Virus record (IMG/VR): IMGVR_UViG_3300027608_000014
Coordinates: 32,001-96,000 of that record
DNA: 64,000 bases
Origin: a virus
Reading direction: 5' to 3' (one strand)
Shown here: piece by piece, positions 19,917 through 32,132 of the stretch
Layout of the letters: each line of letters begins with the position of its first letter
Numbering within the stretch: the stretch's first letter is position 1
Program-made: the position numbers and the translations under genes
Notes under the pieces: generated by a model
The model's database searches: none
The model's input: the letters and a program-made list of their open reading frames with translations, nothing else
Told to the model about the DNA's origin: nothing

Positions 19917-20303
19917 ATGAGGGCTAAAATCACATTGCCCAAAAGTATGAGCTGGCGTGAATTTGGAACATGTCGCTGGTGTGGACTCCAGATCCTGGGT
20001 AAAGACGGTAACATCAACAAGCGCAGACTCTGGCACCCAGAGTGCTCGGCTATCTATATGATAGCCACCCGACCAGGGTTTGCCCGAAAGGCCCTCAGGA
20101 AAAGAGACAAGAAGATTTGCGCTGTATGCGGCGTGAAGTGCAACTCAACAGATAAGCCATGGGAGGCAGATCATATTCTCCCACTCTGGAAAAGCGGCGG
20201 AAAGCATGAATTCTTTGATCTGTCTAATCTTCAAACCTTGTGCGTATCACATCATAATGCTAAAACTGTAATCGACATGATCGAATATAGAAAGTCACGC
20301 TAA
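19917..20303 (+). CDS. HNH endonuclease
   Basis: RD..CAVCG...WEADHILPL..GG.....NLQTLC..HH..K. Confidence 0.85.
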   Translation: MRAKITLPKSMSWREFGTCRWCGLQILGKDGNINKRRLWHPECSAIYMIATRPGFARKALRKRDKKICAVCGVKCNSTDKPWEADHILPLWKSGGKHEFFDLSNLQTLCVSHHNAKTVIDMIEYRKSR

Positions 20304-21784
20304 TGCCAAATACAGGTGAATATCTCAATGAGAACTCGGAGCGGTCCTATCCGTTCAGGTCGTCGACTGCCGACGCTGCCCCGATACCACTAGACTTCAT
20401 TGTTTCTCTGAGGCTGTTCCTTAGCGCCAATCAGGAAGTTAATGTGTACATCTCCGAGATTACTTATAATTCTACGGCAGATACTTACTTCTTAGAGTTT
20501 AGCAATGATGCTGGAGTGGTTCTCGATGGAACCATCGATCGGACTGACCTTGGAGCTCCACGAAAATTCAAGAAGACCGTCTTAGGAAGTGGACAGACTG
20601 TTTGCTTGTTTACACCAGGACCTCTCTGGGACGACCCCTCATGGGGCGGGGGTGGAAATTGGACTGAGAATTATACAATTGCTGATTCAGTCATTGAGAC
20701 ATCAGCCGTCTTACCAGGGCCGTCTCCATTTCGTAGAATGCTTATTGATGGAGAGAGCGATCCGCGTGGAGGAGTCTGGCCACTAGATATTTCACAATCT
20801 TTGATTGGTGGGTACAATGTTGGCCTGAGCATTGATCGGGATCAGAACACTTTTACCGATGATGGAGGGATACTGATCGAGGCCGGAGCTGGGCTCGGTC
20901 TTGGGTACTTACCGCTAGAAGAAGAGACAACGTCACTACCGATCACTAGCATTAATGGGGTTACACCTGACGAGTTTGGCAATATCAATTTAAGCGCAGA
21001 AGACTGCCTTAGAGTGTTCACTCCAGTGTTCGATGGAAGGCCAATCGACAACACGCTGCAGGTGGAAAGTGACTGTGCACCGTGCTGTCCGTGCTCTTCT
21101 TACAGCAAGATGTCTGCCTCTATTTCCAGAAGAAGCAACAATATCAGGGTTCAGTGTGAGACTCTCGCTTCGACACAGGCCGATGCGGCGATGGCCTACG
21201 CTCTGGGAATCGACTACATAACCACTCACCGTAAAAACATCATTGTCAGCCAGGGCATGATTGCTCGAGATCTCATGCTTGAGAGCGATGGCCTGATATT
21301 TACGGTGCAGAATTTAGCCGCATATCCCGCGTACGCTTATCTCTCCGTTACATTCGAGGGCGTGGTCTCTGGGGCAGTTGGAGTGGACTCGCCAATCTCA
21401 GCCGTCATCATTACTGCTCCTAGTCCTCTAATCAGCAATCCTCCGACGTTCGAAGAGGCAGTCAATGAAGACGCTAGCAATATCGCACCATTGCTAGCCA
21501 ATGGCATAGGATCACTGGTATTTCCCAAGAACATCACTACAGCAATGGGAGTGCCAGTTCGAGTTGGTTATCCAGAACAGAAGTCTGGTGTATTTCCGTT
21601 TCCATCTGGAGCCTCCTCCGTGATTCGCCTCACACTGGGAAGTGACATTAGACTGCCAGACGCCAAGGTTACACTAAGGACAGTGTCTAGATTTGGTAAG
21701 CACTTGTTCTACGGAAAGCTTGCTCACAAAATAACGGGCCATGTATCTGGCACCGGTGACGCCTCAACCCTAACGACGTATTGA
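20303..21784 (+). CDS. Cys-rich tail-associated protein, paralog 2
   Basis: EYLNENSERSYP, INGVTPDEFGNI, CAPCCPC. Confidence 0.55.
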   Translation: MPNTGEYLNENSERSYPFRSSTADAAPIPLDFIVSLRLFLSANQEVNVYISEITYNSTADTYFLEFSNDAGVVLDGTIDRTDLGAPRKFKKTVLGSGQTVCLFTPGPLWDDPSWGGGGNWTENYTIADSVIETSAVLPGPSPFRRMLIDGESDPRGGVWPLDISQSLIGGYNVGLSIDRDQNTFTDDGGILIEAGAGLGLGYLPLEEETTSLPITSINGVTPDEFGNINLSAEDCLRVFTPVFDGRPIDNTLQVESDCAPCCPCSSYSKMSASISRRSNNIRVQCETLASTQADAAMAYALGIDYITTHRKNIIVSQGMIARDLMLESDGLIFTVQNLAAYPAYAYLSVTFEGVVSGAVGVDSPISAVIITAPSPLISNPPTFEEAVNEDASNIAPLLANGIGSLVFPKNITTAMGVPVRVGYPEQKSGVFPFPSGASSVIRLTLGSDIRLPDAKVTLRTVSRFGKHLFYGKLAHKITGHVSGTGDASTLTTY

Positions 21785-21785
21785 T

Positions 21786-22628
21786 ATGGCAATTAAACAT
21801 CTAGAGTGGCTATCTAGAAACAATCTTCGATCGTTTCCTATTCGGGAGGACGCACCTAGAGTATCCACCTCGGGCTTTGCCATTCCAGACAACCTTCTCG
21901 TTGATCTTTTCCTGTGTGTTCCTGATGAGCCACAAGGGGTTTACATTAGCTCAGTCTGTCTCACGCCAAAAATTATAACTATAGTTTTTGCATCAGTGGC
22001 TACCAATATAACTCTGGCAACCGCATCTGCTTTTCCTGAGACCGAGAGGGGATTAAAAAGTAAACCCATCAATCCTTTAGTCGATGGAGTTGCGGGCTTC
22101 GTCACCTTTGGATCATTTCTCAGTGATGGATTTAAAAGTGCAGCTTCTTCTTACAGTGGCAGCAACATGTTTACTGGGTCCTGCATTATTGAGGCTAAGT
22201 GCCTCACCATGATCTCATCTTTTCCGGTATCATCGATTAGGGCCTCGGCAGCCACAAAGACCATTACTGGAGCGGCTACCGTAATTCCGGGCGGATATCT
22301 CAACATGGAGACCACTAGCGGAACGGATACTGATGACGAGATTATTACTTATGTCACACTATCACTATCGGCCTCTGACCTAAGCGCTTTTGCTCCAGCA
22401 TGCGCTACAGTCCCTGATAAGGCCTTGTGCTCCAGGCGTCCTATTTTGAGTATTAATGATGCAGTTCCTGATCTGAATGGAAACATTACTATTGAATTTA
22501 TCGATATGATTACGGAGCAGATTGTTCATATATTAAAGATTTCGCTACTGGCTACCGGTACGATCTTCTGCACCCAGGTCGAGTTGCCTGATTCGCTTGG
22601 AAGGCTGCCACCAAACTACGTTGATTAA
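21786..22628 (+). CDS. Tail-associated protein, paralog 3
   Basis: EWLSRNNLRSFP, INDAVPDLNGNI. Confidence 0.55.
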   Translation: MAIKHLEWLSRNNLRSFPIREDAPRVSTSGFAIPDNLLVDLFLCVPDEPQGVYISSVCLTPKIITIVFASVATNITLATASAFPETERGLKSKPINPLVDGVAGFVTFGSFLSDGFKSAASSYSGSNMFTGSCIIEAKCLTMISSFPVSSIRASAATKTITGAATVIPGGYLNMETTSGTDTDDEIITYVTLSLSASDLSAFAPACATVPDKALCSRRPILSINDAVPDLNGNITIEFIDMITEQIVHILKISLLATGTIFCTQVELPDSLGRLPPNYVD

Positions 22629-22630
22629 AT

Positions 22631-23374
22631 ATGAGTAATATTGTTGAATGGAGGGATGCCAACGACTCATCTAAGTATCCATTTTCTGAATCGTGCACAC
22701 TTCTGTCTTCTACCTATCAATGGAGCATTCCCGATGGACTGTTTGCAGACGCACAGATTAGGTTGCCTCACGGAGTCAATACAGCTGAGTTAATTAGCAT
22801 CGTGAGAACCGGTGGTGGAATAATGGGGACAATTGTTTCTGGAACCCAAACCATTGGAACCTTCGAGTTTACAGTGGACGACCTTGATGGAGGAGCCGTA
22901 CCCATTGTTGATGCTTTTGGAATCAACCGTGGGTTCTTAGTTGCAGGTATCAGCGCTCTCAGGGAACTTGATCAGATGCCTGAGAGCCTTATTTCCTTTG
23001 CATCTGGCAGGGCTGTCTTTGAGGGATCAGTTGTGTTTCAGTATCCAGAGACTATCCTTCAGTCTATAACCGTTTCCGATGAAACGCTTTACGGAAGAAT
23101 TGTCCTCGTTGAGGGACCTGGCATTGTAATGACCAAAGAGGGCACACAAACCATTAGAATTGATGCTATCGGTTTGATTGATGATGTCACTGATTGTGCC
23201 AGGTTACCGACAGGAGCGGCACTAAGGACCATCAACACTGTGATCCCTAATAGCCAAGGCGTGTTTGGGCTAGAAGCTGGAGGCTATTATAGACCAATGT
23301 TTCCAGAGAGCTTACGACAAATATTGAAAATTGTCCCATCTGGTAATACCCTTACCTTCTCAATTGCTAAATGA
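22631..23374 (+). CDS. Tail-associated protein, paralog 4
   Basis: EWRDANDSSKYP, INTVIPNSQG. Confidence 0.55.
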   Translation: MSNIVEWRDANDSSKYPFSESCTLLSSTYQWSIPDGLFADAQIRLPHGVNTAELISIVRTGGGIMGTIVSGTQTIGTFEFTVDDLDGGAVPIVDAFGINRGFLVAGISALRELDQMPESLISFASGRAVFEGSVVFQYPETILQSITVSDETLYGRIVLVEGPGIVMTKEGTQTIRIDAIGLIDDVTDCARLPTGAALRTINTVIPNSQGVFGLEAGGYYRPMFPESLRQILKIVPSGNTLTFSIAK

Positions 23375-24146
23375 TTGACGCCTATCTTGAATTCCTAACC
23401 GAAAACTCTCAGAGGAAATATCCTCTGTTAGAGGACTGCGTCTCAGATGCGGCCTGGCCAGACAATATACTACTAGACGTTCGGGGCTTTACTAGGGCAG
23501 CACCAGAAGGATGCTTTCTGCTGGCCTACAGTGGATCGAGCGTCACCGGAACATCCTGGGATCCAGGAGCGTCCAGCTCTTCGCTGTTCTTTGGTTTAGG
23601 CACCAATGCCATCGCCAGGGTTGATGTGCCCTTTAGTCAGTCTGAGTTTCCATACACAACTAGTGCCACTGTAGCTGACTCCAGAACTTCAGCACCACTT
23701 GCGGGTATAACTGTAACAATAAGCAAAGCTTGGCTTAATCTATCCGTCTCAGATCAAATATTATTTGGAAGCAATGCTCCTCTCGAGAATTGCACCATTG
23801 TTGATCTTCATCGTCAGCAAGTGGATCTTATTGGCGTACTTCACACGAATGATACTACAGAACTATTTGAGGGAGACGTCGTGTTGCGTGGTGGATATAA
23901 TGTTGAAGTGACACAGAACAATCAGAGAATCAACGTCAGTGCTATACCTGGTCGCGGAGAGCTGGGTGAGTATCCGGGTGATGGACCCGGAGACGAGTGT
24001 CGAGGCCTGATCTACTCGATAAGCGGAGCCTCGCCTAATGGTGCTGGAAAGATTACGTTCGTGGCAGGAAAGGGAATTAAGATCGTTAGCTTTGACAGTA
24101 CGGTTCAGATCTTTCTAGATACCATTGGAACCAAAGGAGGCTGCTC

Positions 24147-24150
<4 letters not shown>
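23371..24150 (+). CDS. Tail-associated protein, paralog 5
   Basis: [24 protein letters not shown]. Confidence 0.55.
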
Positions 24151-25751
<1,601 letters not shown>

Positions 25752-25791
25752 GTCAGCGGGCTATTGATGTATGTGTGGCGGAGTGACCACG

Positions 25792-25992
25792 GCATATGCG
25801 CTCCATGCCGAAGATTAGGTCACGGCTCGTGCTGCATTTGTAGATCACAAGCAGTAAGTTGAACTTGGGCAACTTGGCGCCGAGTACAACACGGATACCA
25901 TAAGTACTATGCCGGGCACTCGTATCATCAATCCAACCGTCACTGTCATCATAGACACAGCGCGGGCTCGGTATTTATACGTTGCGAAATGA
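25792..25992 (+). pseudogene. Possible degenerate glycosyltransferase fragment
   Basis: One frame reads AYALHAED*VTARAAFVDHKQ*VELGQLGAEYN...RIINPTVTVIIDT with two stops. It contains the INPTVTVI module also found three times in the next gene. Confidence 0.35.
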
Positions 25993-26015
25993 TCGATGCT
26001 GTATAGTGTTCCGTT

Positions 26016-27425
26016 ATGTCTAGCGATCAAGTCATCAAACCCACCGTCACCGTCATCAACCCTACCGTCACCGTCATCATGGGTACAAATACCCTGATGA
26101 ATCCGACGCTTTCCATATTGACTCCTACGATTCCTCGTCGCTCTGCGGAGTTGGTACGGCTAAGAAAGTCTATCGAAGATAGTCTGATTCACTCCGGAGT
26201 TGACCCTCAGCAGGTCGAGCATTGCATTTTGGGGGATGATGAAAAAGTCTGCAGTATCGGGGAGAAGCGAAATCAGTTGATGGATATGGCTCGAGGAAAG
26301 TATATTGCTTTTGTGGATGACGATGACGTTGTGACCCCTGAATACATCGGGCGCATACTCGAAGCCGCTGCTCTTGATCCTGATGTCATTACTTTTAAAC
26401 AGCATGCCACAATTAACGGAGTCCATGCAACAGTTGAGTTTAAGCTAGGTAATCCGAACGATGCCTTTCCGGGCGATGGCACTGTTCGTCGTAATGCTTG
26501 GCATCTTTGTGCGTGGCGTAAAACTGTTGCCATTAAAAGTCGGTTCCCTCACACCAGCTATTGGGAGGACATAAACTGGGCTAAGCCTTTGTGGCAATTA
26601 CGCAATCTTCGAGAGCAGCACATTCCGGAGACGCTCTATATTTATCGCCACGATTCTGCAACTACCTCCGTAGGTCCGCCGAAGCCCCCCATTCGAAAAC
26701 ATGTCATCAACCCCACTGTCACCGTAATCATGGACACAATCGGTGGGCATCAAGATCAAATTGGCGACACCATCAAGTCGTTTCTGGCCCAGGACTACCC
26801 ACTCTGCAGACTACTGATCTTTAATCGACATCCATCACCACTTATCATAAAAGGCCTCTCAGATGAGGCAAGGATGCGGATCGAAATTATCAATGAGCAA
26901 GATACTTACCTGCGTCCAGTGTATCAGCACATGGCAAATATGAAGGCTATCCGTACTGATTGTTGGACCATTTTAGATGACGACGACCTCCTTGAGCCAG
27001 ACCACATCTCACAACTCGTCGGATTCTGGAACACTTGCGTCGACCGCACAGCAGATCCTCTTTCTGTCAGCTCCATGAATTATATGGTCCACTATGAGGA
27101 TAGCACGCATCCGATGCACTTCCGTGGATGGGCTGTGACACTTTTTGAAAGACTCAAACCAGACGAGGTTGATCTTTGCTTTAAGCTGTTTCCGCCCGAT
27201 ATTGTGTGTGGTAGCGACACCTGGATTGCCGGGTGCTCTTACTTTGATCGGCGCGACTTCGACGGAAAACCAACGTATCATTGGGATCGCAAGGGTAACA
27301 GCCATGTCTCCCAGCACGAAACTAACCGAGGTGATACCCCTGTGGGCGTATTCGCCATTATCGAGAACTACTGGCGAATCAAAATTGCTAGTCGCGGCAT
27401 GACTCTCAATCCAGTAATTCTGTAA
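26016..27425 (+). CDS. Two-domain GT-A (GT2-like) glycosyltransferase
   Basis: LSILTPT...SIGEKRN...ARGKYIAFVDDDD...EDINW, then a second domain TVIMDT...SFLAQDYP...ILDDDD. Confidence 0.85.
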   Translation: MSSDQVIKPTVTVINPTVTVIMGTNTLMNPTLSILTPTIPRRSAELVRLRKSIEDSLIHSGVDPQQVEHCILGDDEKVCSIGEKRNQLMDMARGKYIAFVDDDDVVTPEYIGRILEAAALDPDVITFKQHATINGVHATVEFKLGNPNDAFPGDGTVRRNAWHLCAWRKTVAIKSRFPHTSYWEDINWAKPLWQLRNLREQHIPETLYIYRHDSATTSVGPPKPPIRKHVINPTVTVIMDTIGGHQDQIGDTIKSFLAQDYPLCRLLIFNRHPSPLIIKGLSDEARMRIEIINEQDTYLRPVYQHMANMKAIRTDCWTILDDDDLLEPDHISQLVGFWNTCVDRTADPLSVSSMNYMVHYEDSTHPMHFRGWAVTLFERLKPDEVDLCFKLFPPDIVCGSDTWIAGCSYFDRRDFDGKPTYHWDRKGNSHVSQHETNRGDTPVGVFAIIENYWRIKIASRGMTLNPVIL

Positions 27426-27443
27426 TTCTGTAATTCTGTAATT
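27414..27443 (+). repeat. 8-bp tandem repeat GTAATTCT (about 3.7 copies)
   Basis: gtaattct gtaattct gtaattct gtaatt spanning the glycosyltransferase stop. Confidence 0.85.
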
Positions 27444-27470
27444 TCAAGGGTATAACTTTAATTTGATACT

Positions 27471-28034
27471 ATGAGCCTAGAGCGTATTACCGCAAGACAC
27501 CCTACTGATAAAATGTCGGTTCACTCATACATTCCTATTTATGAGCGGCTGTTTGCTAAATTTAAGGAAAGCCATGGACGAGTCCTGGAGATTGGCACGT
27601 TAGACGGCGGCTCTCTACGTGCCTGGGAAGATTGGTTTACAAAAGCCAGTATCGTGGGAGTGGATATAAATCCTAAGCCACCTTACATCGAAGGACGCGA
27701 AAGGATTCATCATATCAGAGGAGACGCCTACACTGAGGAAGTTTTTCACAAACTTGAGGCCATTGGAGACTATAACATCATTATTGATGATGGTCTGCAC
27801 GAGCTCGATGCTCAATGCACCTTCTGCGCAAATTATGTAAAGCTCCTTGCTCCAGGAGGAATAGCTGCAGTTGAGGACGTCCAAGATCCTGCACATGCTA
27901 AGGCTCTATCTGCGGCAGTACCGGAAGGGTTTCATAGCGTACTGGTCGACCTTCGATATATCAAAAAAAATCGCCATGACGATCTGCTTTTTCTGATCTG
28001 GCAAAAGTCAGCCACCTTTGAGCCGACATTATGA
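27471..28034 (+). CDS. Class I SAM-dependent methyltransferase (sugar O-methyltransferase-like)
   Basis: TDK...HSY..IY, VLEIG...GGSL..W..F, GVDI, IIIDDG.H, LAPGG..VED motifs. Confidence 0.85.
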   Translation: MSLERITARHPTDKMSVHSYIPIYERLFAKFKESHGRVLEIGTLDGGSLRAWEDWFTKASIVGVDINPKPPYIEGRERIHHIRGDAYTEEVFHKLEAIGDYNIIIDDGLHELDAQCTFCANYVKLLAPGGIAAVEDVQDPAHAKALSAAVPEGFHSVLVDLRYIKKNRHDDLLFLIWQKSATFEPTL

Positions 28035-28094
28035 TTGCTCCTGCAAGCGTCATTTGAGTAGAGCAATTCTCAAATATCTGTATAATCACCAACA

Positions 28095-29516
28095 ATGAGT
28101 CCCAACCTTATCATTTCAGATGCCGTCCTGGATCTTTCTTCTTATCAGCCCACGAATGAAAAGAGTGCCCCTAGTGGATATGCGTCGTTAAACGCTAGCA
28201 GTGTCGTTCCTCCAGCAGAGCTATTCCCTAACTTCTCGGCGTCACCAGTTGGATCTTTGTGGGTTAAGGGGAGCAGCACGGCAATGGCCGTTCAGGCTGG
28301 AACGACTTTTGATACCAATGGTATCACTGCTGGTCAGGTCAGGGTTGGCTTGATCACTGGCACACAGTACGGAATCGATCAGCAGAGGGCAAGCGCACCA
28401 CTATATCTTCACAGCAGTGCGGGAAGTAATAGGGTATATATTAGCTACAACCAATTTGTCGGCGGCGCAGACTCTGGCGGAAACAACTTTACCTGGAGCG
28501 TAGGTCCAACCGGAACATTTGCACTATTGGGAGGAACATTTGGTGGCACAGTCAACATGACGACCCATCCAATCAGCAACATTACAACTGCCTCTGGATC
28601 AACACTTACTGTTAATTTTGATACAGGGGGAATTGCTTCAACCGGAACAATGGCACTTACCGGTACCGTTACTGTGCCGAATGCCCACACCGGAAGTGTT
28701 GATGGTCGTCCAGTAAACCGAGTATCTGGCGACACCCTTTACGCAAGGAAGGACACAACTAATACCTACAGTCAGGTTCAGACCTTTACTCAGAAGCCAA
28801 CCTTTACCGCTCTGCTAAATCAGAGCGACACTACCGGACTGACAGCAGCTCTAGCTGACAGACTGACAAGATCTACTGGTGGAACAATGGCAGGACCAAT
28901 CGCCATGGGATCCAATAAGATTACCGGACTTGGCGCTCCAACTGCCGCTACTCAGGATGCAGCCACAGCGACTTACGTGGAGTCGTTGTCAACAACATCC
29001 ACTGGTGGAATCCTAACCAACCTAATTGCTACCTCTCCGCTGACCAAGTCCATGGCGGGAAGTGTCACTACGATTTCGCTGCCAGTAGCGTCAAATAGTT
29101 CAGCTGGGTATCTCTCTATATCTGATTGGCAAAAATTCAATTCGACTGCCGCACTGACTACCAATCAGGCCGATGCCACCATCTTTGCGGGTCCAGTCTC
29201 TGGGGCCGACGCCTACCCCACATTTAGAGCTCTAGCGCTGACAGACTTGGCGGATTTCGCATTTACAGCAACTCAAACCTTAACGATTGGACCTGTCTCC
29301 AGCCAGTCTCATGCCGACAGTGCCAACATTTCAGTCGCAGGCGCAGCGGTCGGAAATCCGGTAATCTTAGGTCTCCCTGCTGCGCCGATCGCTGGAATCT
29401 CTTACTTTGCTTATGTCGCCTCGACAAACAATGTAAAGATCAGGGCCCTCAACATAACGGGATCATCCGTCACAGTGACGTCTGCCAGCTACACTGTAAC
29501 CGTCATTAAGACCTAA
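28095..29516 (+). CDS. Tail fibre-like protein
   Basis: EK.APSGYASL, GGTM.G.I.MGSNKITGLGAPT..DAAT..YV and PTFRAL fibre motifs. Thr/Ser/Ala-rich. Confidence 0.7.
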   Translation: MSPNLIISDAVLDLSSYQPTNEKSAPSGYASLNASSVVPPAELFPNFSASPVGSLWVKGSSTAMAVQAGTTFDTNGITAGQVRVGLITGTQYGIDQQRASAPLYLHSSAGSNRVYISYNQFVGGADSGGNNFTWSVGPTGTFALLGGTFGGTVNMTTHPISNITTASGSTLTVNFDTGGIASTGTMALTGTVTVPNAHTGSVDGRPVNRVSGDTLYARKDTTNTYSQVQTFTQKPTFTALLNQSDTTGLTAALADRLTRSTGGTMAGPIAMGSNKITGLGAPTAATQDAATATYVESLSTTSTGGILTNLIATSPLTKSMAGSVTTISLPVASNSSAGYLSISDWQKFNSTAALTTNQADATIFAGPVSGADAYPTFRALALTDLADFAFTATQTLTIGPVSSQSHADSANISVAGAAVGNPVILGLPAAPIAGISYFAYVASTNNVKIRALNITGSSVTVTSASYTVTVIKT

Positions 29517-29520
29517 TTAT

Positions 29521-30246
29521 ATGGCACTATCTACCTACGTCTGGACCAAACAGGTCACTGAGGAGGCAGCGAGCTCGACCTCAGGAAACCAGGCTGGTCA
29601 CCGACTGATTATTGAGATCATAGAGTCATCTATTATTGATGGTAATCCATTTGTTTTTCAAAGGGCAGTAGTGAGCGACGGATCAACAGACTACGAGGAT
29701 GCCTTCTACTCTGTTGCCTCTGTTGTCGATATGGCGGATCTTTCTGTAGATGATCCGGCGACAGGCTCTGTCTTCTACAGAACCAACTCAATTGATCTTT
29801 TTTTCTCGGATCTAGACTCCCTGAATGACGCCATCGTTGATATCAAAGACGCCCTAGGTTCCCTTTGTCTGGCTAATGATACAGCCATCACTCTGACGCC
29901 TGCAGTTATAGATTATTATCCAGAGGGAAGCTACGAGCGTTACTGGGGAGTCTCTGGAAATCCAACTCTAACCAATGCGGAGATCATCGCTCTGGAGCAC
30001 GAGGAAGGAACCGTAAAGGCTACAAGCAAAACTTACGACACCAACGATGCGACTCTATATCTCTATATTGCCTTCAGGGCCGCACTCGGAACTGGGACGT
30101 TTACTCTAAACGGCGCGGCCGTTTCGGGTGGAATGACACTGGCAGTTACGTCTGTGACCAATGCCAATGGATACGCTGCCTCTTACAACGTCTATCGAAC
30201 AACCGTGACCAAGACCGGATCGGCATTAGTCTTAGCTGTAACATGA
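29521..30246 (+). CDS. Hypothetical virion protein
   Basis: C-terminal YLYIAF...VTNANG...Y.VYRT beta domain. Context. Confidence 0.5.
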   Translation: MALSTYVWTKQVTEEAASSTSGNQAGHRLIIEIIESSIIDGNPFVFQRAVVSDGSTDYEDAFYSVASVVDMADLSVDDPATGSVFYRTNSIDLFFSDLDSLNDAIVDIKDALGSLCLANDTAITLTPAVIDYYPEGSYERYWGVSGNPTLTNAEIIALEHEEGTVKATSKTYDTNDATLYLYIAFRAALGTGTFTLNGAAVSGGMTLAVTSVTNANGYAASYNVYRTTVTKTGSALVLAVT

Positions 30247-30548
30247 TACTAGATCAAAACAAAGTTAGACGGCTGCTGCAGAATGCTGCATTGAGCGTGA
30301 CGATGCCAGAACTGTCTCTGTTTGTCGATCAAGCTAAGGCCGTCAAGTCTATGGTTCTCACTGGAGGTTGTCGTCCATGCCAGGAGAACGCAAAGATGAT
30401 GCCGATCGTTACAAGGGCACAGGACTTCATCTCCAGACTTTCTCCTGAAAGGATTTCAGTATTGAAGTCAATCCTTGGAGTAAGGGACAGGCTATTTTCG
30501 TACTCTCCTGGGAAACATGGCAAGCCGGGACTGGTCGAATTGAAATAG
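30243..30548 (+). CDS. Hypothetical protein (GGCRPC motif)
   Basis: ATGA overlap with the upstream stop. Confidence 0.55.
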   Translation: MILDQNKVRRLLQNAALSVTMPELSLFVDQAKAVKSMVLTGGCRPCQENAKMMPIVTRAQDFISRLSPERISVLKSILGVRDRLFSYSPGKHGKPGLVELK

Positions 30549-30613
30549 CTAAAAAAAAGCAATTTTGTTGATGACAGCCTAATCTATCTCCGATACTATC
30601 TACGCACATATAT

Positions 30614-31294
30614 ATGAAGAAACTCATCCTATCCCTTTTCACCCTAACTGCACTTTCCTTCTCTGCCCTCGGCGGTCAGAACGAGAAGTTCACGGGTACC
30701 ACCCAAATCCAAGCGGGCACTCTGACGCTCAAGCCAGGAACGACCCTCACTCTTTCCAATACAGCTTCAGCTCCGCAGCTCGATCGAGCGTTCTATCTTG
30801 GCGAACCAGCAACGTCGCTAACTATTGTTACTGCCACAGCGATTACCGCTGCTGGCACAACCTATACCGTCGCTAACCAGCCCGACGTTCCTCGTTTGCT
30901 TCAGACGGTAAGAGCTCTGACGAGTACTGCCGATACGGGTGTGATTTCAGTAACTATCGTTGGAACCGACACAACTGGCGCTGCTCTTACTGAAACAATT
31001 CTAGTGGCTACTGGTGCAACAACCACCCTTGGAACGAAAGCGTTTAAAACCGTAACGAGCGTTACTCAAGTGGGAACCAACACAGCTGTTGCTGGAGCCG
31101 ATACCGTAGCCGTTACCTGTCAGGGTGTTTATGGACTTCCAGTTATTCCAGTTGAAAACCAGACGTTTGCGATCACGACTTCCGGCAGTACTCTCGCCGC
31201 TTCTGCTGTCGTAACAAATGCCAGCGTTGCCCTTTGCACAGTTGCAGTGGCCTCCAATGGTGGTGCTAAGCTCTGGGTCCACATCGCCCGCTAA
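30614..31294 (+). CDS. Thr/Ala-rich protein with N-terminal signal peptide
   Basis: MKKLILSLFTLTALSFSALG leader; G.KAFKTVTSV motif; followed by a terminator. Confidence 0.65.
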   Translation: MKKLILSLFTLTALSFSALGGQNEKFTGTTQIQAGTLTLKPGTTLTLSNTASAPQLDRAFYLGEPATSLTIVTATAITAAGTTYTVANQPDVPRLLQTVRALTSTADTGVISVTIVGTDTTGAALTETILVATGATTTLGTKAFKTVTSVTQVGTNTAVAGADTVAVTCQGVYGLPVIPVENQTFAITTSGSTLAASAVVTNASVALCTVAVASNGGAKLWVHIAR

Positions 31295-31314
31295 GTAGTT
31301 TCCCCTCACAATCT

Positions 31315-31341
31315 ACCCGACCAGAAATGGTCGGGTTTTTT
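31315..31341 (+). terminator. Intrinsic terminator ending the structural module
   Basis: ACCCGACC-agaaat-GGTCGGGT then TTTTT. Confidence 0.85.
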
Positions 31342-31401
31342 GTTGTCGTGATGCAAAGAAGGTCCTTGCGTCGAATCGATTTCTTCGTATTCTTATGCCA
31401 C

Positions 31402-31866
31402 ATGAGAAAACCACTAACCGAAGAACAGAAAGCCAAAAATCGCATATATCGAATGGCCTACTATGAGAAAAATAAAGACCTTGAATTGGCCAGGGCAAAA
31501 GAGTACCAATCAAAAAATCGTGAGAAGCTCAATGATTACTACCGAGAGTATCATGCCAAGGATCGAGAGAAGAACAATGAGTATCATAGGCAATATCGAA
31601 AGGACAATCCTGATAAGATTGCCAGGATTGAGTTTGAGTCCAAAGCTAGAAATCCTCTGAAAGAATGGGCCAAGGATCAGTGCCAGAAGGCCGTTCGTCA
31701 GGGGCTCTTAAGTAGGCCAGATAAGTGCGATAGGTGTCCCACTGCATGCGTACCAGATGGACATCATGAAGATTACAGCAGGCCGTTGGATGTAGTGTGG
31801 CTGTGTCACACTTGTCACGCAGTTGCCGATCGATCTAGGAGGGCTAAGGAGAAAGCCACAAGGTAA
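31402..31866 (+). CDS. HNH-like endonuclease with basic helical N-terminus
   Basis: Likely ATG at 31402. RP..C..C...GHHEDYSRPLDVVWLC..CH motif. Confidence 0.75.
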   Translation: MRKPLTEEQKAKNRIYRMAYYEKNKDLELARAKEYQSKNREKLNDYYREYHAKDREKNNEYHRQYRKDNPDKIARIEFESKARNPLKEWAKDQCQKAVRQGLLSRPDKCDRCPTACVPDGHHEDYSRPLDVVWLCHTCHAVADRSRRAKEKATR

Positions 31867-31966
31867 AGATACAAGAGGTCGGAAATGATAGAATATGGGA
31901 CATAATACTTTGTATAGCATATATCTATCAGATACATGTTATACAAAAGGCCTTAGGGCCCAACAC

Positions 31967-32032
31967 ATGTCGCAAGACAAAAGTCTTCATCGAGCTGAAC
32001 GTCGAATCAGCGAGTACCTTCTTCGCGGCTAA
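31967..32032 (+). CDS. Possible 21-aa peptide MSQDKSLHRAERRISEYLLRG
   Basis: ATG after an AC-rich leader (CAACAC); too short to verify. Confidence 0.25.
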   Translation: MSQDKSLHRAERRISEYLLRG

Positions 32033-32132
32033 GCGATGATTTCTTTTCTCACCAACATACATCCGTAAGAAGCGGAAGTGTTGGCGTCGTTCCACTCACC
32101 TTTTTTTGTCGTTAGTGCGACGTTAAACATCC

